64,000 nt of DNA from Paraspadella gotoi (Eukaryota; Animalia; Chaetognatha). Numbering within the stretch: the stretch's first letter is position 1; every line of letters starts with the position of its first letter. Shown here in pieces: positions 11,901 to 24,340 of this stretch. The notes beneath the pieces were generated by a model. The model saw only the letters and a list, made by a program, of their open reading frames with translations, was not told where the DNA came from and did no database searches. The translations under genes were made by a program, and so were the position numbers. Location of the stretch: NCBI GenBank assembly GCA_051294375.1, contig CM119265.1:4099025-4163024 (forward strand), read 5' to 3'.

Positions 11901-13199
11901 TACCAATTACTCGTGATTGGATGGATGGACTGGAATGAAATTTTGTGTTTGGGTAGGGAAGTGTGTGATTGAGCTGGATATAAAGTTTCGATGGAATCGT
12001 CCAAGTGGAAATGAGTTTAAATGGAAAAAAGAAAAAAATATATTTCACAATTTGAACACCAATTACTCATGAGTGGATGGGGCGATTGACTTGAAATTTT
12101 GTATTTGGGTAGAAAAGTGTGTGATTAAACTGGAAATCAAGTTTCGATGGAATCGTTTGAGTGGAAATGAGTTTAAATGGAAAAAACAAAGAACCTGTTT
12201 CACTAATTGATTATACTTCTTTTTCTTTTTATTTTAAATGTAAATGCAAGATAAATTAATTAATCAAATAATTAGTTAATTAATCAATTAGTCTATTAAT
12301 TAATCAATAATTAATTAATCAGTTAATTAATCAATCAAAACAAACATTTTGGATCAAATTAATTGCATAATTGCATAATTATTTAAATAATTAATTATTA
12401 ATTAATTGAATAATTAATTAATTATTTATTAATTAATTAATTAATTACCGATAATGATCGTGGGCAGATCCGACATTGTTTGCTCAAACTTGTTTACTGT
12501 TAAAGTTTGCTGGAGAGTGGATCTTTTATAAAATTATACGATATCAGTTTCAAACATCATCTTTGATGCAATATGCAAATAAGCATAAAATCTTACTCGT
12601 TTTTAGTCGGATCTGCTCTTAGCAAATCCCCACACTATAATTCACTTTGTCGGTCCGTCGGTCCGCCCCCTCAATCTTGTCGGGCATTCACTTATATAAT
12701 GACAGAACATTGAATTATGATAAATTATGGATGGATAAATTGGAATGAAATGTTGTGTGTGGGTAGGGAAGTGTGTGATTGAGCTGGATATGAAGTTTCG
12801 ATGGAATCGTTTGAGTGAAAATGAGTTTAAATGGAAAAATATATTTCACTATTTGAACACCAATTACTCATGAGTGGATTGGGCGATTGACTTGAAATTT
12901 AAATTAGTTATTAATTAATTAACTTAAATTAATTATTAATTAATTAATTATTAATTAATTAATTACCGATAATGATCGTGGCAGATCCGACATTGTTTGC
13001 TCAAACTTGTTTAAATCGGATTGATTAAATGAAATGATAATCAACCTTTCGCCGAACGATAACGAAAAAAGAAATGATTTCGATGCAATTCTTTTTACAG
13101 ACGATCGCTCTTTGTCTCCTAATCGTCGTCGCCTTCGTGAATAAACGAAAATCAACAACAACAATAACAACAACAACAACCGACTTAGAAGTTTTATAA
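5941..13199 (+). CDS. SLC16/monocarboxylate-transporter-like MFS permease, paralogue A (9 exons)
   Basis: GT-AG phase-consistent exons 5941-6091, 6691-6813, 7960-8139, 8355-8509, 9246-9434, 9725-9849, 10067-10231, 10976-11180 and 13101-13199. MCT-like motifs: IDSPSSCLVALGNFFVFF..G (divergent TM1), TAGWVSS, RPLATGLA, GWRTAL, MRPP, NFSIFR, ADMFG. Confidence 0.85.
6360..6515 (+). repeat. Short interspersed repeat present in three introns of transporter A
   Basis: TGAAATTGGTACAACC...ACAGGCT(A/T)TGGTGG..CCTCCATC.CTCTT(A/G)CAAGA recurs at ~8617-8757 and ~10288-10415. Confidence 0.65.
7076..7928 (+). repeat. 31-bp minisatellite (~27 copies)
   Basis: Unit CTCGAATCTCTATCCCCAACCATTTCCCTAA, head-to-tail with no spacers, ending just before the exon 3 acceptor. 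Confidence 0.95.
10410..10527 (+). repeat. 15-bp tandem repeat
   Basis: Unit CAAGACTCTTTCAAT, about 7-8 copies. Confidence 0.9.
11751..13012 (+). mobile_element. Two tandem Helentron/DINE-like family A elements (11751-12496, 12601-13012)
   Basis: 5' TTTTAGTCGGATCTGC..hairpin..CTATAA (clear in the second copy), GTCC/GTCG microsatellite, internal direct repeats, 3' GCAGATCCGAC followed by ATTGTTTGCTCAAACTTGTTT; located in T-rich sites. Confidence 0.75.
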
Positions 13200-14445
13200 G
13201 TCGTTTTTTTTTTCAAAACCGAATGTATGTTTCTAATAAAATATAAAGAAAAAAAAATTCCAATTTTAATTGCTCCTTATGTTGCATAACCCTTTTGACA
13301 TTATTTTCATATACAGTTTATTTTTAATACATCAACTTTTTATTTTGTTCTTGTCTTGAATCAAGCTGAGAAACGAAACTCCAGAGAGAAAGACAGAGAT
13401 AAATCTGTAATATCCGACTGGCGGAGGACCCTACAGACAGAGTGACCAAAACTTACAGGGTTTTTTCTTGAATCCATCTTTTTATCTCACTGGTTGTGAA
13501 CTGTTGAAGTGGTCAGGCTCTTCAGTTTGCTCACTTTTTCCACGAGAGACCAAAAAATGTCAGAGATGAAGTCGAAGAAAGAAATTCATTTAAAACTCGT
13601 CGTATTTTTCGTTTTTTTTTTATTTGAGAAAATTGATAACAACCAGGATAACTATTGGAAATTATGATCATTCTGAGCGGAATTTATACTAAAAAACATT
13701 TTCAAATGACGAGAGGCGGTTCAACTTTTTAATTTTGGAAATATCATCACTCAATTTTCATTTTTAAAACTAAGCATCATTCCTCCAAACTTTCCAATTT
13801 AAAAGGTTGAAAAGGTTAATTAATTATATTTTTTTAATTCTACTCTTTTTTTAAACTAACCGAGCTTAATTAAATACCAAAAAAAATAATAATTCTTACC
13901 AACACGAGATCAACTCAGTTATTTCTAATTTTTCTTTGTTTTATTAAATCTCTTCTTCGTTTATTATATATGACACATTGCCTTAGTTATGAGTTAACCA
14001 TCTACGAAATATTTAACTCCGAAAACGAATCGTGTTAATGTACATCTTGCAAATGATCTGCTAGTGCTATACATTTTTTAATTTAGAACTTAAAAGTTAA
14101 AAAACGTATATTTTTTTACCTAAGATTGATCAATTTAAAAACAAATCATGTTAATTACTTGTACATGATTCAAAGGGCGAGCCGGGGCTGGGCCATTTGT
14201 CGCAGTTACAAATGATCACGAAAAGAAAAGACTCACGAATAATCACTGATACCATCAATTGGCAAATACTAGTTTATTAACTTATCATTGAATCACGAAG
14301 ACTACTCACACTTTATGCTATTGGACTCAAATATAGTTCATTTTACCCTTTCACCTCCGAAAAAAAAAAAAAACCTGGTCAGTGGTCACTTTTTCTCAAA
14401 AATCGAGGATTGACATCCGCCTGTCCTTTTGTTTCGCCGAGGAAA

Positions 14446-16477
14446 ATGCGCCTCCTGTCGCCGATTTCCGTGGATTCCCCGGCGGCGGCCCTCGTTGCCT
14501 TGGGCCACTTCGTCGTCTTTTTCATGACCCTCGGAGTCACGAAGAATCTCCAGTTCTTCATCAGGGACTGGGTCAAGGATTTCGGAACATCTTACGGTCA
14601 GAGGGAAAGTTGGAGGGACAAAGAAAGTTTTACAGGGATGAAATAGAATTTGATTTTCATTTTAATTATCATTTGAATTTGACATGATTTATTTTGCATT
14701 TGATTTTTTATCTTGTTTTTAATTAGATTTTGTTTTGATATTGCTTGGATTTGAAAGCATTTGGTTTGACTTGATTGAAAATATAAATGTATAAATGATT
14801 GATTCGTTAATTTGATCAATTTGAATGATTATTTGATTATTTTCCATTCCCCAGCCACCGCCTCAATCGTGTCGTCATGCGCCTTCGCCGTCCAACCTAT
14901 TTTCGGTCCCATCGTCCCGATCGTCAACGCGCGGGTCGATCAACGCGTCGTCATAGCTACGGGCAGCGTCATTTCAGGTTAACAAAAAACTTTATAAAAA
15001 AAAACATACAAAGCGAGATAAAACTGCGAAATGACAAGGTAATCCGAAAATTTGATTTAATTGAATCTAATTGAAAATACTCGCGGAGGAACTCCATAAG
15101 TCACTCTTCGGTCGGTCGGTCGGTATGTCTATCCGTCGGTCTATCCCACCAACCATAAAGTGCATATATTTTGCCTATATGAGGCTGCTCTTTTGTTCAG
15201 ACCGAAAAAAAACTCATATCTAAGGGACTGCTAGCGCCGCCTTCAGGAAATCTTAAAACTAGAAAGAAAAAAAAAAGACGGAATTTTGATTCAGTGCATG
15301 ACATAAACATATATAAGAAAGTTATTGTTGTCATGTAGTTATGTCATATCATGTTACGAAAATACACAAAAATACACGTGCTAAGGCAGTCACTGCGGCG
15401 CAACACATTTGAATTACCGTTCTTGTTTTAAGCATCATGTTTCTTCATCGCGTCCGCCGTCCGTAGCGTCGTCGCTCTCGTCGTCGTCGTCGGCGTCGCC
15501 TACGCGGGCGTGTCCTTTTTCTTACTGACGTCCTCCCTGGCGCTCGCCAACGTCACCAAGAAGTTCAGACCCGTCGCTACCGGGTTCGCCATTTTGGGAA
15601 TGCCGATTGGGGGTGAGTGATTTAATCATTTAAGCGATTGAGTAGTTAAATAATTGAGTGAATGACGCTTATGTTTTAATTTACTTGTTTGTTTTTTTTT
15701 TATTTGTTTATTCGGGCATTAACGAGTAATATAGATGATTAGATGTGAAGACTGATGCAGAACAAAATCCTTGGTGAGAAGGAAAGGAATCAGTTAAAGT
15801 ATGAATGGAAACCATAAAACTACTACTAGTATGATCTAGTATAATAGAGGTAAATAATGATGTCCTTTTATTTGGACATGATTTTGTTGGAATATCTATT
15901 GTTAGATGTTGAGGTGGTGAAAACCCATAGGTCATAATTCTTGGATAATATAGTTCCGGGGACAAATCTGGGAGATGACTCTTTTAATTGTAATTCAATT
16001 AAATCGTTTTTAGGCAAATATGTATGTAAATTAAAAGTATGTTTATTTCCAATGTTAATTGGCTGTTTGCCCCACTTCACAGGCCCCGGCAGCAAAGAAC
16101 CCGGGTTCAAATCTCACATATAATATAATCTTAAACAAGTATAATCTAAAATATTTATTGATTTTTTATTGAGTTATTATTTTTTTTTGTGTGCGTTTTC
16201 TATTAAACGATTATGGTTTACATTTTCCCATTCTTAAGTCATCGTTATCGCCAACATCTTCGAAGCGGCACGATCGATCGGCGGCTGGCGAACCGGTTTT
16301 CTCATTATAGGCGGGATGTACTGCTTCATTCCTATCGCCAGTTTAGTCATGAGACCGGCGAAAAAGAACGGGCCAGTGGTAAATAACTTTTAAATTATAT
16401 TCAGTTACGCGGGATTTTTATAATTTATAAATTTATTTTATCTCTCTCTCTCTGTTTCTCTTACTCTCTTTTTTCAC

Positions 16478-16509
<32 letters not shown>

Positions 16510-16545
16510 TTTCTTTTTATTTCCACTCTCTTTCTGTTTTTATTT

Positions 16546-16629
<84 letters not shown>

Positions 16630-19600
16630 CCCCTCCCCCTCAATACCCTCTCCCCTCTCCTCTCTTCCCCCCCAAGCCACAAGAAACACCTCCCACCGAT
16701 ACTAACATCACAACCCCCACCTCCACCACTCCCTTTTCCACCCCAACCCCCTCTCCCCCTGAATCCCCCTGGATCTTCTGCGACGGGGCGTTCAACCTCT
16801 CCGTCTGCCGCAGTCGCGTCTATCCGCTCATCATCCTCTTCATCGTCTTCCACTATGGCGCCGTCGTGTCGGCTTCGATCTTTGCGGCGCCTTACGTCGA
16901 GATCAACGTGGAAGAGACGAGAGAGGTGGAGAGCGTCGGGGGGGGGCACAGTGATCCAAATGGACTAAATTTTTTTGGCAAAAACAACTTTTTTTTAAGC
17001 CCTCTGAGGTTGTTGGAAAAGTTTTAAATGTTTATGATTGATTTGAAAAAATATGGGAAAAAATTCATTAACCGACAAATTTGGTTCTTAAAAAAATTAT
17101 TTATGGTAGTTGAACGACTTTTGCTTTATAATTTTTATACTAAAAAGAAATTGACCCAACTTAATATTTTTTTTATATTTATATTATAAGAAATAGATGT
17201 ATGTTTGCTAAATATAAAATCTTTAATTTAATCTTTTTAAAAGTGCGCTAAGCAAATTAAGATCGGAAAATCGATCAAAGAAAAGAATTATATGTTAATT
17301 TCTGAAGAATATTTAATTTTTTTTTTTTTTTTTTTTTTGATGAAAAGCATTTTTGCATTTTTCAAAAGGGCGGACGAATGCGGATGAGATTTATTTAATG
17401 ATAACATGTATCATTAAGAACTAAATCTGGTTGATTGAAATCGGCTGAAATTCTATGAGTTTTTACTATGTTTTTTATATCATACATAATGACATATTAT
17501 GAAAATCTTTTTTTTATTTGTTAACAAACTAGACAAAGTGCTGTTACCATAACAAAGTCAAATAATTTTTCTCTTCCACCCATGTGGGTGAAAAAAACCT
17601 CTCAAGGACTCACCCGTTATAAAACTTTGCTTATAACTAGATATGTCGCTCCGCACTTAGAAAAAAATCTGAAAGAACCAAGCGGTTACTGATAATTTTG
17701 GTTCCTAGCAATTTTTGCACCAGTAGCGCAGTAAATATTACAAAACCATGGATGATTTCTGAAACATCAGTGTTTGGGCTATCCAACACCGCCACAACAA
17801 AGAAAATCCTGAAAAAATACTGAAAATAAACACGGCGATTAGTCTGAATTCTTTTTAATTTTTTTTTATTTTGCGGTATAAGTATAAGTCATATAAATCT
17901 ACACCGGTCATGCACTGATTCCAATTTTGTTGGGTTTAGCCTAACTTTCAAGCACATAACAAAAAAAATAAATTGACGTCATAGAAATAATAGCAATTAA
18001 TCCTTTTTTTTCATAATTTGCTGTCATTTTTGTTTCAAACATGTTCCAACATGAATTTTTTAAACTTTTTTGTTTTCAACAAAATGATAATTATTTATCC
18101 TTAGCAATTATATAAACATTTGAAGTATAGAAATTTTTTGTTTATATTAGAAACATAATTCAATCTTTTCTTCTTCAGAATCTATATTTATTTATTTTTT
18201 TAAATACAGCCAAGTGTGTTAAATTTAATTTCAAAAGTTGTTATACTTTTGACTAAGATTCCTATCCAGATTTTAAAAAAATCCTTTGAAACATTTGAGA
18301 AAAGTTATATGGAAAAGATGCCCCAATATTATGGCTTTAAAACAATACCAGTCTCATCGTTCTATCATTATTGGTTCAAAAGATATCAAAGAAAATCAAT
18401 TTTTTTATTAACAATTAAGCCGAAGCTAAAAATTTAAGTAGAACCAAAAAGAAAATTTAACGAACGCAGATTTGTTTTAAAAATTGGGCGTGGAAAATGA
18501 CTATTTTTTGTAGATTATTTTTCAATTCGTGGGTCGATTGATTTGATTGATTTGATACATCCACAATATTGACATCATTTCCTATCAGTAAATGTAAAAA
18601 TATTTAAAATAACATTATAAACGACCAGGTAACTTGCTTATCTATTATAACTTGAGAAAGAATAATTTTTAATTTTTTAGAAACTGTTAAGTGTTATCTT
18701 ACCTAAGACCTCGTAGCATTACTATGGAAAGACTAAATAGGTATTTATGCCCGTATGTTCAAGTGGCTTTTATCCGGTTTTATTTTTTATTTATCACTCG
18801 GGGGGGGGGGAAGTTGAGACAGATCATGAAACATTGTATCACTTTACTGATATTGATAATGATAATTATATCACTTTATTGATAAGGAAGGCGGGGGAAG
18901 GCAGGGAAAGGCGGCAGAGTTAATAATCTAGAATGTGTGAGAGTCTTGATTGAAAGCCCGCAAAGTCTTGCTATTTTGTTAAATCACCATAGCCTGAAGA
19001 AGAGAGAGAGGAGAGAGAGAGAGAGAGAGAGAGACGAGCAGAGACGAGAGAGAGACGAGAGAGGAGAAACGAGAGACACGAGACAGACCAGCGACCCTAA
19101 ACATAACATAATATAACTGATTCCTCGTCTTATCGATAACAGTGTTATCCATCCATATATCCATTCATCCAATTAGACTTTTTTCTTACAGAACCTCAAT
19201 CCGATCATAAAGATTCACCAAACGGGAAACGTTTCGAAATCTGCCGAAGTTCTTTCCATAACTGGAGGAGGAGAATTTTCTGGAATCATATTTTACAGGT
19301 AATGGTATTGGTATTGATTATAAGTATTTTTATGATTGATAATTTGTTTTAAACTGATCAATTGTGATAAACCAAAATTGTTTATCATCAGCGTAAAAAG
19401 TGATACACTAGTTTTGCTTAAAGGGCTTTGAAAATTTGGTGATCGCCTCCTGCAAAAAGCGCAGTTAGAAAATGGATGGATGCATTGATGGATTGATGCA
19501 TTGATGGATTGATTTAGTCCCATAAAGTGACCGACTGTTCGAATATCCATCGATATCCCCTTCTCCAGCCTCCTGATGAACATCCCTCATCGTCTGGTGG

Positions 19601-20887
19601 AGGAGAACCGGTTCTTCTTCTTCATCATCAATCAAATTCTCGCCGTCGTCATCAACTCCATCATTCCCTTTATTTCCACCTACGCTGGACTACTTCCCGC
19701 CTTTTACTTCACAGGCGTCTACTGTGGGGGATGGTGAGTCTTAACTAGTTCGTTATGTTATCATTCGCGATATCATCTTCATGCCCGCGGAATCGATTTT
19801 TCGTTTTAAATAAGTAATTTAACTAAATCACGCGGAAATAATGGCGACATTATCCCTAATAGTAAAACTGTATTATACAATACAATGTTCGAACACATAA
19901 TCAAATTTTTAGAGGATGTTTTCATACTTCTGCGTAAGTTTTCCCGTCGATTTTTCTCCTTAGTTAGGACTTTAAATATACTATTTTTATACAAAAGTTT
20001 GAGATAATTCCTTGTCAATTTTATAAACACCGTCACTGAGATATTATTTCCTTCATTTAGACGACCGAAAGATCAACTAATAACAAATAACTAATAACTA
20101 ATAACAAAAGCTTTTCAGATAATTTGTTGCTTTTATCAAATTCTACTTGACATCATTGTCAAAAAAATATAAAGTAATCTCTCCTAAAGTACTACCATAT
20201 GCAAATAAGATTGAAGCATCTGCACGAATCCAAGAGTCTGATTCAACGTGGAACCTCGATCACAGGTCCGTGATTTTCTGGACGGTCTTCGCCGACATTT
20301 TCGGCGTCGACCTTGGACCGGCGTCGTCTTGGATTCTTCTGGTGTGCGGCGTCTCTGGACTGATGACGCCCAACGTTCTCTCCGCTATCATGGAATCGTT
20401 GGCGACGGGGTCGTCGTCGTCGTCGTCGTCGTACGTGAAATTGTCTTCTAGTGACTATCGCGTCGTTTGGGGCGGATTGGCATTATGTCAGGTGATAAAT
20501 CAAAAAGGTGAAAATTTTGAATTTCTTTCCTATCCACATTCAATTTTAATACATTTGTTGGTTTTTATTGTTGTCATTTGTATTGAAGAGACAGGAATTA
20601 TTGTTATGTATTAGTGATCAGATTGTAACACCGTGTTACAAGTGAGTTAAGCGCCCCTTCCCTCTTAAATGCTAGGCGACCACCGGGCTAGAACCCAGGA
20701 CCTTTGTTTTGGGAGGCGAATGACTTGCCTCCGGCACCAATGGCCGCTGATGAAAGGTTGGTGGATTTTAGTCCACCATAGTATTATCATTTCTAAATCA
20801 ACGTTTTAGGCGAGCGGTCTGCTCATTTTAATCGCCATCGCCGTTTTGCTGAAACAACAGAAGCGAGGAAAAGAAAGAAGACGTTAA
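14446..20887 (+). CDS. SLC16/monocarboxylate-transporter-like MFS permease, paralogue B (9 exons)
   Basis: Exons 14446-14596, 14855-14977, 15433-15612, 16239-16378, 16677-16925, 19192 (or 19177)-19298, 19569-19733, 20266-20491 and 20810-20887. Intron phases match paralogue A, and exons 1, 2, 3 and 7 have identical lengths (151, 123, 180, 165 nt). Confidence 0.85.
15075..15430 (+). mobile_element. Helentron/DINE-like non-autonomous element family C
   Basis: GTCG microsatellite, core GGACTGCTAGCGCCGCCTTCAGGAA, 3' GCGGCGCAAC-ACATT..TTACCGTTCTTGTTT. Copies at 22745-23097(+), 28921-29228(-), 39165-39280(-) and 45795-46022(-). Confidence 0.7.
16948..18820 (+). mobile_element. Non-autonomous TIR DNA element with CACAGTGAT termini in intron 5 of transporter B
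   Basis: Starts CACAGTGATCCAAATGG and ends TTATCACTCGG within G-runs. An internally deleted copy lies at 25247-25443, with end fragments at 37483-37600 and 42896-43040(-). Confidence 0.6.
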
Positions 20888-21913
20888 AGAAAAAAAACAT
20901 TTTCAACGACTTTGTTAAACTATACAGTAAATTCATGTTCTCCAATACTAACCGTTATTTTGTAAGGTCACAATCCGTGACCATTGAACATTATACCTTT
21001 TTGTTAATTTTAAAGTTTTTATTGTTTTGATTGCAACATTTTTATTGTTTTTGTTTTAACTGAAAACATTTTCATTAAATATATTTTCTTATTTTAAAAC
21101 GAAGAAAAAACTGAGTTATGACCTAAAAAAAAGCGGCATTCTAACTTTATGATTCGAAATATTTTCATAATGAGAAAGCGAAACCAATTTTGCCAGATAC
21201 TTATGCGTATGCCATCATCATCAGTGGTGTTACGAAATAACTCTCTTTATATCACGAAGAAATCCAGCTTCTCCACCTTTTCCCGATGCTCTTTTGTCTT
21301 TTTTACTGACACAAGAATTGCCAGCTTTTCAGCGATTACAGAGACATCTTTCTATTTTAGACTTTTGTTATATATATACTTAAGTACAGATTCCGTGGCG
21401 GATTCTGATTGGTTCATCGGATTTCGATAGATTTTAATTACAATTTATCGAATTGAACGGTCAGATCTGTCATTCTTGCACTTTCTAGTTCTCTAGAAAT
21501 CTCGGAATCTTTAGTTTTTAGAAACTATTTGGTAATTGCTGGATTGGTGGACTTTCCTGTGAGAGAAGCAACTTTTTGTTACTATTTTGGCTTCAGAAAC
21601 AAACTTTATATATATATTTGCTGAGTTTGTATTAAATGTTTTGTTATCCTATGCCCAGGACTTCTAACTTAACTTTTCTACTTCAACTCTAATCTACTTG
21701 TACTACTACTTGTCAAGTCCTGGGCTTCGCCTTCGGCCGAGACTTTGTCGTCCTCAACTACTGAGCGTCTTTGACCGGCGCCATCGTCTCCTCTGCGCCA
21801 TTACGCCACAAATACCAACGCTTTATTTGGCGTAGAGTTAGCCCGGAAAAGTTAGCAAGTCAATGAAACCACTCTCCGAACTTAGTTCAAAACAAGTGGT
21901 AAAGGATTAGTAA

Positions 21914-23490
21914 TTAAAAATTGTCAGACGCGCCAGGGTTCCGAACCTGAATCACGTTTGACAGATAATCGAGGATTTTTCCGTCACACGAAGTGACCTT
22001 GCAAGTGAATCTCTTGCCGTCGTGAATATTCTGAATAGTTGGAGAAATTTTGAGCGTCGCCTTCATGGCGTCGCCTTCAAGGCTTCTGCCGTTTCCGAGG
22101 TTTCCACTTCCAACGAATTCTGCGGAATTAGAATTAAAATCGGGTCTTTAAAGGATTGACTAAATTGTAGTATAGGTCATCATTGGCCGTTGCCACTGGT
22201 GGTTCGACCAATGGGAGAGTCGTATTTTATTTCCGACGGATTCTTCTTGAGTCGTTGATCCGATTCCGGTTTCTCGAATCTTGATTCCTCTGCGATCTTC
22301 TCTTCAAGGCTCGAAAACACTTTCTAACATTTAAATCACACAACGAAAGAAAGGATTATAAACCATAACATTAGAGACAGTTTAAGTTTAGTTTTGACAA
22401 CGATTTTTATTTCAAGCCTTCATCAGCGTTAGTGAACTTGAAAAAAATATTTTTTGTAAAGGAAGAGAGAAAGAGAGATAAAGAGAGAGAGAGAGAGAGA
22501 GAGAGGGCAAAGTTTCCAACACAGAGTTTAGAAAGGACAGTGGTCAATTGGTGAGGACAGGCTGTCATCTCAGCCTATGACATGCCAATGACCCGGCCTC
22601 ATCGATCATGGCTCTCATTTGCCCATGCCAAGGGGGGCCAGCTCATTTTGAGCTCTATCTTTCCTCTTCAATTTCACTTTATTACTTATTAACTGCGAAA
22701 TGACAAGGTAATCCGAAAATTTGATTTAATTGAATCTAATTGAAAATACTCGAGGAGGAACTCCATAAGACAGTCTTCGGTCGGTCGGTCGGTATGTCTG
22801 TCCGTCGGTCTATCCCACCAACCATAAAATGCATATATTTTGCCTATATTAGGTTGGTCTTTTGTTCAAACCGAAAAAACCTCATATCTAAGGACTGCTA
22901 GCGCCGCCTTCAGGAAATCTTAAAACTAGAAAGAAATAAAAGGACGGAATTTTGATTCAGTGCATGACATAAACATATATAAGAAAGTTATTGTTGTCAT
23001 GTAGTTATGTCATATCATGTTACGAAAATACACGAAAATACACGTGATAAGGCAGTCAATGCGGCGCAACACATTTGAATTACCGCTCTTGTTTTAAGCA
23101 TCATGTTTCTTCATCGCGTCCGCCGTCCGTTTTTTAAATATTACAAAACCATGGATGATTTCTGAAACATCAGTGTTTGGGCTATCCAACACCGCCACAA
23201 CAAAGAACATCCTGAAAAAATACTGAAAATAAACACGGCGCTTAGTCTGAATTCTTTTTAATTTTTTTTTTTATTTTGCGGTATAAGTATAAGTCATATA
23301 AATATTAAATATACACCGGTCATGCACTGATTCCAATTCTGTTGAGTTTAGCCTAACTTTCAAGCACATAACAAAAAAAATAAATTGACGTCATAGAATT
23401 TCTATCATAGAATCCTACCAAGGACAAAGCGCCGGGTATCAACTTCATGGTGACCAATCCGACAATTGCGCCGAATAATGGTAGTAGCAT
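21914..23490 (-). CDS. Small putative secreted protein (~130 aa, 3 coding exons) with an Ig-strand-like C-terminal motif
   Basis: Minus-strand exons 23490-23419, 22323-22209 and 22119-21914 join in phase (0, then 1) to give MLLPLFGAIVGLVTMKLIPGALSL-KVFSSLEEKIAEESRFEKPESDQRLKKNPSEIKYDSPI-EFVGSGNLGNGRSLEGDAMKATLKISPTIQNIHDGKRFTCKVTSCDGKILDYLSNVIQVRNPGASDNF*. The exons are GC-richer islands. The second donor (G|GTCGAA) is weak, and the first coding exon could extend further upstream in frame. Confidence 0.5.
22691..23398 (+). repeat. Chimeric local duplication of transporter B fragments
   Basis: 22691-23130 matches 15022-15463 (intron 2 plus the start of exon 3). 23136-23398 matches 17733-17986 (intron 5 element interior). 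Confidence 0.85.
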
Positions 23491-23654
23491 AGTTATGGTT
23501 TTATTTCTGAAAGGCGGTCCAAATATTTTTCGCTGAGACCAAAATAATCCGTGCTTCACCGTAGGAAAGAAAAACAAGAACGTTGATGCAATGTATGTTT
23601 CGCCGTAGTGAATCTCTTTTTTAAGTAATCATATGAGTACATAATTAAAAAATA

Positions 23655-23992
23655 CAGTGTGTCACAATGATACCGTCTGTTAACTTTTACACATCGTGCG
23701 GAACTGTGTTGTTAAATCTTATTTCTGAGACAACGATATCAAAGATTAGTTCTTACCATTTATGATACTATATTTCGAATTCAATTTTTCTTTGCAAAAC
23801 ATTCGATTTAAATGAGTCCTAGTTTTTTACTTTTTTTAATTTTTAGATTTTTTTTAATTTAAAAAAAATTTTATTGAAAAAAATATATAGAAAAATATTT
23901 TAAATTGATATAAATTATTTAAATTTAAGTTTTTCTCTTTGGTATTGGAGCAGTAAGCTTTTATTAACGGACAATACCATTGTGACACTCTG
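23655..23992. mobile_element. Tc1/mariner-type MITE
   Basis: Imperfect TIRs CAGTGTGTCACAATGATACCGTCTGTTAA / TTAACGGACAATACCATTGTGACACTCTG, flanked by TA on both sides. Confidence 0.8.
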
Positions 23993-24165
23993 TATGTATA
24001 TAATATATTATACTATATGTAATATACAATGTATATTTTGTATATTATACATAGAAGTCTTGTAGTATTTAACCTCTTTTACCTTAATACTTAGTCGTAC
24101 TCTCTGTGATTTTTGGACCTCGACGACTACGTCCGACTCATTCTTCGATTGCAGTTCGAGAACGA

Positions 24166-24340
24166 AGTTTCTATTTCTGAGAAATTGTGAAATTCAATGA
24201 AATCCCTACGAGCCAACGTGTACTCTTCCGATTGGTTAGTTCGTTCGTTTCTTTTTTCTGTCATTTCATCAGTTCTGAGAGGAACGAGCCAATCAGAAGT
24301 CGTTTAGTCTAAACGTGTTCTCTTCTGATTGGCTCGTTCC
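24166..24340. promoter_or_regulatory. Candidate bidirectional promoter: overlapping ISRE + GAS motif and inverted CCAAT pair
   Basis: AGTTTCTATTTC (24166-24177, AGTTTCNNTTTC) overlaps TTCTGAGAA (24175-24183, TTCNNNGAA). A perfect 19-bp inverted repeat GGAACGAGCCAATCAGAAG lies at 24281-24299/24322-24340. Outward-facing splice donors sit at 24082(-) and 24441(+). Confidence 0.55.

Noticed and set aside
15708-16123. Short ORFs in intron 3 of transporter B
   Set aside because: No recognisable motif or splice-consistent structure.
20740-20780. Hammerhead ribozyme from CTGATGA antisense to the tRNA-related element
   Set aside because: A hairpin follows, but the required GAAA and stem III are absent.
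21227-21810. Solo LTR (TGT...ACA); similarly 8810-9170
   Set aside because: No target-site duplication, adjacent PBS/PPT or second copy is visible, so it cannot be supported.
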